The notes beneath the pieces are model-generated. The model had not been told where the DNA came from. It ran no database searches and worked only from the letters and a program-made list of their open reading frames with translations. 43,336 nt of DNA from Neophaeotheca triangularis. Its lineage: Eukaryota. Shown here in pieces: positions 33,545 through 43,336 of this stretch (its first letter is position 1; the number at the start of each line of letters is the position of its first letter). A program made the position numbers and the translations under genes. The stretch spans positions 62,001-105,336 of the forward strand of contig BAAIJX010000065.1 in the NCBI GenBank assembly GCA_054600435.1, written 5' to 3'.

Positions 33545-34713
33545 TGTTGGGCAGGCGCCTTCCACCACATACGTGACGAGTGCGAGGAGCATGCCGCCGG
33601 AGCGTTCTCAACTATCTCTACTAGGGACTCCAGTCCTCAAGTTCTAGCATTCGCCGCTCTTGCGGGCAAGCTTGTCGACCGCGATGCTGAGTTTGCTGGT
33701 TTCTTGGCTTTCGTTGACGATTGTCAAGCAACCGCAGAAGACGGCACTCCAATTGGGCATTGTACGTTCCAATGGGCTTCAGTCAAACCCACTCAGCCCG
33801 CACAATCACTACCACCGAGCTTCTTTGCTGATCGATACTGGAAGGAGTTCTTTGACCTCACAGCACTTGCCGACGACAGTTTACATAGCGGTTTCTGAAG
33901 GCAAATTGGCGAGGTTTTACGGCACTCCGAAGGGCATGAGGTTGCTTATAAATTGGGATTATGATCCTCGACACAAACGCAAAAAGCCACCTTTCTGCAA
34001 CATCACTTTCGTTAAGAATTGCTCTATTGCATGGTGTTATCAGTCCAACCCTTAGCATCATACGCTTCCGAGGTTAGCTAGCGAATGTGTGCAGAGAGTC
34101 ACTGCTGCTTTGTTGGCAGGGCGTAGTCTCTCTTCCTTGTCTCATATTGCAATTTTGACAATACATAACCTAGTTAGAAGCAACGCAGAGCCTGGAAGAA
34201 GGAGGGGAGGGGAGGCAGTCCAATTCCGTGTCGCTTCACCAGCCAATCAGACAAGACAGGCCAATGCTGCAACCACCTCGGTGGCTACATGATCTAAAGA
34301 ATTATTATATATGAATGCCCCCTTTCTGACTTCGCAACCTGCTCTCCGGCGTCATCTTCCCGTCTAATGCAACACGATAGATGTATTTCTGTCCCGTGGC
34401 CTTCGAGGCTGCCGGAAGCGTCTGGACCCGTCACGGATCAGTCTCAAGACCTCGACAGCTACCCGAGGGACAACCTCATCTGCCCCGCCAGCGACCCCCT
34501 CATCTCTGACGTGACTTTGGCCCAAAACATAGGCATGCGGCGTCCCGATATGCGATTTGCTCTGGCCAAGTGGAGCGAAAGACTATAGAGGTTTGTTTGT
34601 TTGCCATAAGAGGTCAAGTCTTGTCCACGATTGCTCCTACTCCTATCTCTTTGAAGCTGCAAAGCATCACCCAATCCACGCAGGATTTACAGAACGAAAC
34701 GGAAACACTGACC

Positions 34714-35792
34714 ATGGCACACAATGTTCCCGACTTCGATGACTTGCCCAAGGTCGAGGGAATGCCGCAAGGTAGGACAAATCGCCACCCATCAATTCAA
34801 TACGCTGCTAACTCGTTCACATAGGCACCGCTTGGGGAATCTGGGACAAGAACGGCAAAAAGGACGTCTTCGGCACCCTCAACCTTCTGACCCAGGACGT
34901 CGTCAAGGAAGCCTACAAAGAGGCTAGGGAAGGGATCTCGGTGTCCCTAAACTGGAACCTCGGCGCCATCAAGACGCCAGGTTTCGGCCGAAAGCCCCTC
35001 GAACACAAGGTCATGTCCTTCGTCGACACCCCGTTGTCCGCACACGGATTCGACGATGAAATAAGCCTCAATACCCAGGCCTCCAGCCAATGGGACTCGC
35101 TGTGCCATTTCCACCACCAAGAAAGCGCCTCAGGCTACAATGGGACCCAAACCTCCGTCCAAGAACTGACCCAACCCCACGGCGAAGAGGACCGCGAGCA
35201 GAAGCTCCCAACGCTCAACCACTGGCATTCACGCGGCGGGATGGTAGCCCGCGGCGTCTTCATCGACTACAAAGCCTGGGCCGACTCCAAAGGCATGACC
35301 TACGACCCCTTTGACGCGCACAAAATCACCGTGCAAGAGATCGAAGAAATCGCCAGAATCCAGAACGTGACTTTCCGCCCGGGCGACGTCATCATCATCC
35401 GCTCGGCCTTTACGGAAGCCCTGACGGACCAGACGGGCGAGAAGCAAGCCGAGCTCATGGGCACGCATCGCACGTGCGGCGTCCAGGGCGATAAGGAGAC
35501 GGCCAAGTGGTTTTGGAACCAGCACTTTGCCGCTGTGGCGGGGGATATGATTGCTTTTGAGCATATTCCGCCGACTGACCCGGAGACCGGTAAAGAAGGG
35601 GCTGTCTCGCAATTGCAGCTGCATCAGTGGTTTTTGGCGCTGTTTGGGATGCCCATTGGCGAGTTGTGGGATCTGAAGCAGTTGAGTGAGACGTGCAAGA
35701 AGTTGGGCAGGTATACGTTCTTGTTGAGTTCAAGCCCGTTGAATGTGCCTGGCGCCATCGGGAGCCCGCCGAATGCTATTGCTATGTTTTAG
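34714..35792 (+). CDS. Putative cyclase / kynurenine-formamidase-like metal hydrolase; exons 34714-34771, 34825-35792 (341 aa)
   Basis: AWGIWD...DVFGTLNLLT, NTQASSQWDSLCH, GMVARGVFID, GDVIIIRS, AAVAGDMIAFE, LHQWFLALFGMPIGELWDL and SPPNAIA motifs. Confidence 0.88.
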
Positions 35793-36120
35793 TGGTAGTC
35801 AGGGGCTTGGGCATTGTGGAGATTCTCATCGTGAATTCTACTTGGCATTGAACGTTGAGTCACTCTAACCACTTGAACTTCGATGTCGTATGTGTGCTGG
35901 CAGACTGTTGACCACGAAAAGGCTGACCAGCCTGCGACTATTTATGTACATAGGAATTCACTTTGTAGAGTACGCTTCTGATCGTTTCAAAGGCGTGTAA
36001 TTGCAGAAGTAATCGTGTACCTTCTCCTCTCAACACAAGTCGCTTAATGTACATTATTCATTGTATGTGCTTGCGGCTTGTCACATGTGCCACTCTCTCG
36101 AACTCGACCATCGCCCCAGT

Positions 36121-36956
36121 TTACTGGAACCTCTTCTCAGCGGCCTTCCAGTTGATGACATCCCAGATAGCCTTAAAGTATTCCGCCTTCCTGTTCTCAT
36201 ACTGCAAGTAGTAAGCGTGCTCCCACGCGTCGATACCAAGGATGGGCCTGAATTGGCCAACAACGGGGTCCTGGTTGGCGTAGGTGCGGATCTGGATGGC
36301 ACCGGTCTGGGTGTCTTGGACGAGCCAGGCCCAGCCAGAGCCCTGGATGCCGGCGAGGGCGGTGTTGAACTTCTCCTTCATGGCGTCAAGGCTGCCGTAG
36401 TGGGAGTCGATGGCTTTGGCGAGGGCGCCAGAGGGAGGGCTACCGCCGCCTTGCGAGCTGGGGGCTAGGTTCTCCCAGAAGAGGGTGTGGTTGGTGTGGC
36501 CGCCTTGGGAATTTGTGAGCTTCAAGTGTTTCTCAATGGTTGAACCTTTGTGCCATCAGCACTCACCTCCGTGGAAGTTGATCAAGGGCTGCGTAGCGAT
36601 CATGGTGGTGATGTCGCCCTTGGAGGTCGCCTCGGCCATCTTCTCTTCGGCGGTGTTGTAAGAGTTGACGTAGGTGTTGTGGTGCTTGGAGTGGTGGAGC
36701 TCCATGATCTTGCCGCTGATGGCAGGCTCGAGCGCGCCATAGTCGTCTGCGAATAGCCATTGAAGTCAGTCAAGTCGATCTTGGGATGCTATTGCCACGG
36801 GAGCATTGTTGATAAAGGCTTACATGGCAGGTCGGGCAGGGTGGCCTTGTTGCGGGCGAAGGTGGTGCTTGCGAGAGCTGCCCTCTTGGTGGTGGAGGGA
36901 GCTTGAGTCCTCACGGCTGTGCGCAGGGCACCTGAGCGGAGCATGGTGGCGGACAT
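36121..36956 (-). CDS. SOD2: Mitochondrial Mn superoxide dismutase; exons 36956-36824, 36746-36567, 36503-36121 (231 aa)
   Basis: Presequence, then [44 protein letters not shown] and the DAWEHAYY signature. Confidence 0.96.
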
Positions 36957-37505
36957 TGTGATTATTGCTTGAGTGGATTCAATAGCAATTTAGAGACGAC
37001 TGAGAGGCTTGATGTGTAGATGAAGTTGTAGAAGAAGTCTGAAGTGTTTAGTCTGAAGTGTTTCGATGTTTCTTGAGCTCGGAGACTTCCTCCTAGTGAC
37101 CTCGAAGCTGGAGAGAGCTCGGTTGGCCGGAGGCCGACGTCATGTCAGTGCAAGATTCCATAAAGATACGAACGGTTCACGTGATCCAAGATAGCATTGA
37201 TCCCGTCGGGGACTATTGTTCTTAGCTACCTCAGTCTTCATTAGATATGTAATTGCACGCTCAGTAGACACTTTTAGTTTCGAGACTCGCGACTGGGCAA
37301 AACAGCGCCATAAAGCATATGCTAAAATCAATTTAAGATAGTACAATTTATTGAGAGTGCTATACAGGCGGGCATTTGTCTGCGTGTCTTGTCCCTTCTC
37401 AACTCAACCTAGCTAAGAAATGAGGCTCATCAGTGTATATTGACCAGCCCGGCAGGCAGCCTTTCGATGTGTCGCTGAATCGCAAAGTCCAATGCACTTC
37501 TTTGT

Positions 37506-38409
37506 CTACCGCAGCTGCTTGAACAGCTTGGGGGCGGCACACTGGCTGGCGCAGTGCATCAAGTGGAAGACTGGTACAGTCCCGTTAGTAAAGTAGATCA
37601 AATTGATGTGGGTGCTGCAGCCGCAATTCAAATGGTGAAACTTACACTCCTCAACACAGTCCTCATCGGCCTTGCCGTTCGTCTCCTGCTGGTGCTGGAC
37701 GCGCTCAGCGCATTCGTCGTAGTGGTGCTTGAGTGGCGCGCATTGTTGCGTCTTCATGCAGTCTGTAGACGAATGGTTAGCCCATTGTTCTGTCATATAG
37801 CCTGCTCCTACGCGGCAAACGCTTCTTCACCAGGCAAATCCTCTCGGACAAACACCTGCAGGAGTCGCCTTCGGGACTGCCTCAACCAAGCCCTCGGTAT
37901 AGCTGCACGGAAGCCTACGTACCTTCCTCGAGTTTGGGTTTAGGGTCTTCAGGCTCTTCCTCCTCCTCTTCCTCCTCTTCCTCCTCATCGTCGTCATCGC
38001 CCTCGTCATCGTCACTGCCAGCAGCAGCCCTCACGGGTCCGCCGTATGGCCCAGAAGCCTCAGGACCCTTGTTGCCAGCGGCAGCCTTCCCCGCGTCATC
38101 GCCCGGGGAGTGACCAGCATCGGCTTCGCCGGCACGCTGCTTGCTCTTCGCCGCGTCCTCCTTGTTCGCCTCCGCCTCCGCGCCGCTCTCCTCATCGGTG
38201 CCGGAAGCGGGAGTCTTGGTGCTCACGCCACCCCGAGTGGTAGCTCCGCGGTCGTGATGCGCAGTGCCGATTTCATCGTGGTCCTTGGCGCGCTTGTCAG
38301 AGGTCTGCTCGCCGGAGGTGTCGACGGGGCCTTCGAATTGTTGCTCGGCTTCCGTGGGCTGGATGCTGAGGGCGGCGTAGAGATCGCCGACGTAGTCAAA
38401 AAATCCCAT
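37506..38409 (-). CDS. QCR6: Cytochrome b-c1 complex subunit 6 (hinge protein); exons 38409-37923, 37762-37646, 37570-37506 (222 aa)
   Basis: Acidic tract followed by EDPKPKLEEDC...CAPLKHHYDECAERV...EDCVEEFFHLMHCASQCAAPKLFKQLR. Confidence 0.93.
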
Positions 38410-39123
38410 CTTGAGGTCTGTGGATTAGATGGACGCAGGAGAAGCCAATGGCTGAGGACAAGTGCTGTATTTAGTGCGGATGATGTCCTGAGAGAGTCTC
38501 TGCGTCTCCTGCAAATGCACCAAGCCAGCTCCGGAGCATCTTGGCACTAGACTTCGGCGGTTTCCGGCCCGACCTCACCTCTTCGTTCCCTGGCCAATAG
38601 CGAACTTCACGTTACTCACTTTACTATTGTGCTATCAAAAGGCCTACCTTACTTCTTGGTTCACGGTTCATAGACACGAACACATCTAGCAGGGGAAGTG
38701 AAAGTGTACATTTCCATTGCACAGGTTGGTAGCCAAGATTGTTTGCTGTCCAATCTCACTTTTCTTTTGCTCGCCGGCTGGAGACAGCCTGGTTCGTCCT
38801 AACTTGAGCGCCATGCATCTGCAGGCATTTCGGAAGTAGTGCGCTGTTCCTACATTAGCAGTACCTTAAGGACCTCTAGACTCTCGAAGTTTCAGCTTTG
38901 CCGTCGTTCTTGCTTCCACAATCCCGCTTCTCCATTCGACTAATCCCAAATCTGTTGTTGCGCGCGGTTGAAGGCGTATCGCTCAATCGGAAATCTGGCG
39001 TGTTTCTAACCTCTGGCCTGTTCAGGACCCCCAGAGCCGATTTAGGACCCGTCCACGAAGAACCTTTGGGGAAGCTCACTGGAGGTTCGTCGCTTCGCTC
39101 TGGCGGTATCGCTTTGCACTCCG

Positions 39124-40953
39124 ATGGCGACACGGTATACGTACAAGCCTCTGCAGAAAGACATTAAAGAAATTAGACTGCTCGTAGTTGAGCCGGGAAA
39201 GCCTCAAGACACGATACGTGCAGAGCTGGAGCATGTATATTTCTCCGAAGATCGCTTTGTCTACTTTGACCAGCGAGAAGCCAAGTATGAGACATGCTCA
39301 TACTGCTGGGGCCCTCCTAGCGCCGTGGAAGACGTCTTTGTAGGTCATCATATGTTGAGCGTACCACAAAGCGCGACCACGGTTATACGGCGCATGAGGT
39401 ACCCCGACCGAATACGAATACTGTGGATCGACGCTGTATGCATCAATCAAGGAGACCCCGTCGAACGTGGCCATCAGGTCGGCCTCATGAGCGAGGTCTT
39501 TACGCATACCTGGAGGAATCTCGCATGGCTCGGCGACGAAGACGGAAATTCCGGGCCCGTTCTCGACGCTCTAGAGACGTTGGTTGCTGAGGTTCGCGAA
39601 GACACCGATGATTTCCGCTTATTCAGAAATGTTGTATGATGAGGAAGGTCGACCCAAGTTTTCGCATTCCGCCATTCGTGCTCAACGGGAATTACGCCTC
39701 GTTGCGACTCTGTTCGCACGAACTTGGTTCTCTCGCCGGTGAGTGGCCGCGCTTCGCATTTGAACTTTAGGTACTATGTACTAATCAACGGCAGGTGGAT
39801 ACTCCAAGAAGCGACGCTTCCGCCTGAAACCTTAGCATTCATTGGGCGCTATGAACAACGTCTTACCGACGTGCTTTCCATATCTCTGTGGGTTTCCTAC
39901 AAAAGTGCCCACATTGACCAGGACACTATAGACGTCTTCCAGCCCACAATTACCATGGCATCATACGCTTCTGAGCATTCTCCGTGGTGCGCACGCTGGT
40001 CAAGGCGGCACTTAACTAACGCGCTTGTGGGGGCAGACACTTTCCAAGCTTCCGACCCCAGAGATTTAGTTTATGGGATCTTGGGACTCACCCGTTCACC
40101 GACTCTGTTGCGCCCTGATTACAGCGCTTCAGTTCTAGAGGTCTATCGCGACGCTATCAAAGCGGCCATAGCCGAGTCAGGCTGGCTCACCTTGCTTGCA
40201 GGTTTGCGTCCCCGATCTGAAGACGACAGGGACCGTCCCAGTTGGATCGTGCAGCTCGACCGTAAGTTCGATCATTCTTACGACTCGCACCATTTTGCGC
40301 AAATTTTCCGTGCCTGCGATGACCGGTTAATTAAGCATGTTCGTGTTAGAAGGGACGATTCTGACGATCCTTGGTTGCTGACCCTGAGCGGCTTTACTTT
40401 GGCTACCATAACCAGGCATACAAACCTCATGAGCGGCCACCTGGACGGTTACAGAGCCGCACTGTCGATGTGCGGACTTCAAATCAGCCCTAGCGAGCCA
40501 CATCACAGCTTACGTGGACTATGCTTCGCTTTGACCGCTGGCACAAACTACTTACTTGAAAGAGCAAACGAAGAAACGTACCAGGACTTTTGCGCATACC
40601 ATGATTACGTGGCAGTGAATGACTGCGATCCGCCATCTCTGCGAGATCCTGCAACCGAAGGCAAGTCTGCTGCGCGTTTTCGTGAGGCGATGTTCTTGGC
40701 TTCCAAGAACAGCGGGCTTTTTGTCACTTCTAGTGGCTCGTACGGACTAGGAGCACAGAGGATACAAGTTGGCGACCTGATCTGCGTGCTCGACGGCGGA
40801 GAATGTCCAGTTATCTTACGGCCTAGGCCTGGAGGTACGGAGTATCGATGGATCGGATTTTGCTACATCTCAGACGACGATTTGATGTTCGGTGATACAG
40901 CGCGTAAATTTGCTGCCGAGGGAAAACCGTACGAGACCTTTTCCATTCGATGA
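39124..40953 (+). pseudogene. HET-domain (het-6-like) gene with an apparent frameshift near 39600-39640; intron 39739-39794
   Basis: YKPL..EIRLL, YETCSYCWG, LWIDAVCINQ, ERGHQVGLM and AWLG motifs end at TGA 39637. The continuation (..LFARTWFSRR|WILQE) is in another frame. Later segments: ASDPRDLVYGILGL, PDYS, PSW, GDLICVLDGGECPVILR, IGFCYI. Confidence 0.75.
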
Positions 40954-41578
40954 TGAAGACCCTCCAGTTTGCAGGTCGAGGACGGCAGAACACTTTGTGG
41001 AAATGTCATACCCAGGCTTGCATTACTGCCTGGCGTAGCATAATGCGGCGAGACTTCCACATTCCCTATTTGGCCCGAAAAAGTCTGTCGTTAGTATCAC
41101 GACTGCGATGTATGAGCAACGGCTCAGCGGGAACCCGAGAGGTTACAACTATGCAGTCGAGCTCTCTGTAGCAAAACGACCTCGGCCCAGGAGCTGCACA
41201 ATGTGCACATGTATTGGCGAGATCCCTCGAAATATGTCCGCAGTCCGCACTCAACCAAACGCACCGCGCCGACTCGACTATGGCGTTCCGTTGCAAGCGT
41301 TCCGTTGCAAAAGGAAGCACCATGATTCATCTCGACTTTTTCCAGACAATGAAACGTCCAGGCGAGACAATAGCGCACCGACTCGATTGTGAAGAGCGGT
41401 CTCAGAAGAAACGAAGTTCGAACAAGGTCTTGCGCTTGTCTTACATCCCAACTCAATGTCTCAAAAGCCAGGTCCAAAGGCCTTATAAAGATGTTGGCTG
41501 CAAGCTTAACTTCCTTTTAACTTGAAATACATTGCAGCAGACTTTTCTCTCTCACACTTTCAGGCGAACATTCCAAGC

Positions 41579-43012
41579 ATGAACGCCGGCAACGACCAAG
41601 ACACCACAGCCGCCGAAAGTCGAGCCCATGGGTCAGCCCCTCCGCTTACGTCTGCGGCAAAACCAGCGAGAACGAAGCACCAGACCAGACCCTCTCCGAG
41701 TGGAACAACCGCGCAGGAAGAAATCAACAAAGCCCTCTGGGCGAAGATCGCAGAGCTCGACGCCCGTCAAGAAGACCTCTGGAACGGCCATTTGCAGGTA
41801 ACGACAAAAATCAGCCGCAGGGTCAGTGTGATTGAGGTGGCGCTTGGCGGAGAGGAAAAGCTACGCAGACAGCAGGGGCTGGATATCGACGACAGACTGT
41901 CCGTCGAGCGTGAGCTTGAGGAGCCATTACCTAGCAAGGAGGATTCACTTGGCGAGAAACGGATGCCGGAAGTGCCAAATTCGACCACCGAGCTCAAGAC
42001 CGCTCCCGGCAAGTGGGTGATTAGAGTTGACACTTGGCCTGATGGTACGGAGACTTTGCAGTTGAGGAGGCCGGGGCGGGTTACTAATGTTGACGATGAG
42101 ATGTTTGAGGAGGATGGAGATGCGGGTGAGGATGGGGAAGGCGGCAGTGCGGACGAACAGGATGGAGGCGAGCTCGATGGAGACGCCGAGCAAGAAGATG
42201 CTCATGCAGGTGAAATGGATTCTGGCGACGATGACGACGATGAGAACCAAACTCTCGGAGCCGGAGAGGACGCGGATGGCGATAGGGACTACACTGAAGA
42301 CGAGGACGAGCGCCCGAAACCAGATCATGACACGAAAGCGTCACGAAAAAAGCGCTCAAGAGACGACGACGACAATGACAATGACGACAGCGACGACGAC
42401 GAGCCGCCTCGTAAGCGTAATCGCACGGCAAAGAACCATGGCCATACTGAGGGCAAAAAATCTTCAACCGTGCCCTGGAACCCAATCAACAAACTATCAG
42501 CCTCTTTGGCTCCCTTGGAGAACGAGCCTGGACCATTAACAATGGGTGCTGAAGCAGACGAGGATGCTCAGTCTCCAGAAACAGTGTCCGTTGCTCCCCG
42601 GCCCCTGGCTCACTTCTCCGAGGACCATGAAAGAGAGCGCAGAGCTGCCCTTGCGAAATATGACAAACCTAGTGGCGACACCAGAACATCCACGAAAGCG
42701 CGCCATGAGCCTACGAGGAGTACACATCGAAAGCACCAAACGCGGCCCCAGCCACCAAAGCCACCAAGACCAGCAAACCCCCCATTGCCATTCGCTCAGC
42801 CAAAAGCGAAGAGGAAAGGACCCGGCTATGACTTGGTGCCCGAAGAGGACTTCGTCCCGAAGACCATGGGCGTGGATCGTGATCCCATGCGAGAGGCGAA
42901 GAGGTCTTTACAGGAGGTCTCGGCAAGCAGTGGGAGAGGAGATTACGAGGCTGGGAAACGCCGGCCTGCGACAAGGTGGGCGAATAAGCGTAAGGCCGAT
43001 GCTAGTGCTTAA
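41579..43012 (+). CDS. Uncharacterised acidic/basic low-complexity protein (~477 aa) with a short coiled-coil and NLS-like motifs
   Basis: Long ORF with Asp/Glu tracts and basic clusters RKKRSR, PPRKRNR and KAKRK. A polypyrimidine tract plus CAG at 41563 suggests a possible upstream exon. Confidence 0.65.
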   Translation: MNAGNDQDTTAAESRAHGSAPPLTSAAKPARTKHQTRPSPSGTTAQEEINKALWAKIAELDARQEDLWNGHLQVTTKISRRVSVIEVALGGEEKLRRQQGLDIDDRLSVERELEEPLPSKEDSLGEKRMPEVPNSTTELKTAPGKWVIRVDTWPDGTETLQLRRPGRVTNVDDEMFEEDGDAGEDGEGGSADEQDGGELDGDAEQEDAHAGEMDSGDDDDDENQTLGAGEDADGDRDYTEDEDERPKPDHDTKASRKKRSRDDDDNDNDDSDDDEPPRKRNRTAKNHGHTEGKKSSTVPWNPINKLSASLAPLENEPGPLTMGAEADEDAQSPETVSVAPRPLAHFSEDHERERRAALAKYDKPSGDTRTSTKARHEPTRSTHRKHQTRPQPPKPPRPANPPLPFAQPKAKRKGPGYDLVPEEDFVPKTMGVDRDPMREAKRSLQEVSASSGRGDYEAGKRRPATRWANKRKADASA

Positions 43013-43336
43013 GTCTGTATGGAGAATGAGACGGCATAGGATGGACGCGAAGGGACCAAGATGTGCGAGGCAATTGTGGTCATGTAGAGTTCAGAAGTCT
43101 ACGTCCTGGGCGGCCTTATGCAGTATCGAATTCACTTGTTCTACAGTCAACGGTAGTCTCGATGGGTAGTTCATACAACAGTTACTATTAAGGACTGACT
43201 CTAGAAGGATAGCCATGTGCTTTCTATCCACTGTACCAAGCTGTCAAACGCTTCCTATTAACGCCCCCGTTCCCGATGCTTTACACATAAACCGATGTCC
43301 AAAAGCAAGAAAGACACAAACCATCCTATGCCCCTC

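Noticed and set aside
33600..34600. Possible gene or pseudogene between SPP382 and the cyclase gene
   Set aside because: Only short ORFs with no recognisable family or consistent splice model.
1..43336. tRNA or rRNA genes, intact transposons, CRISPR arrays, secondary-metabolite cluster
   Set aside because: No cloverleaf with A/B boxes, transposase or RT motifs, terminal repeats, repeat-spacer arrays or PKS/NRPS backbone seen by eye. A tRNAscan-SE/Rfam run would be needed to exclude small RNAs.

Overview
Gene-dense, intron-containing fungal nuclear DNA. It is a filamentous ascomycete, probably a Dothideomycete (inferred from intron signals and protein families). I reconstructed spliced gene models by hand for: a partial SDR, PMT4, RPS15, RPP2, SPT2, a beta-carbonic anhydrase, a PIR/GPI cell-wall protein, a PlsC-type acyltransferase, an FlbB-like bZIP factor, KGD1, SPP382/TFIP11, a cyclase/kynurenine-formamidase-like protein, MnSOD and QCR6. 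The window also has four ORFs of unknown function, a decayed CYP52-like P450 and a frameshifted HET-domain gene. Three signals are not explained by the ORF track. (1) A ~510-nt, highly structured, H/ACA-like RNA candidate sits in a predicted intron of an apparently non-coding minus-strand host transcript downstream of SPT2. (2) The carbonic anhydrase carries its mitochondrial presequence inside an alternatively spliced intron, predicting cytosolic and mitochondrial isoforms. (3) The FlbB-like gene has two potential splice switches: a 5'-leader intron that removes a uORF start, and a retained intron giving an alternative C-terminus. All gene models and folds were derived by eye; no searches or folding programs were run.
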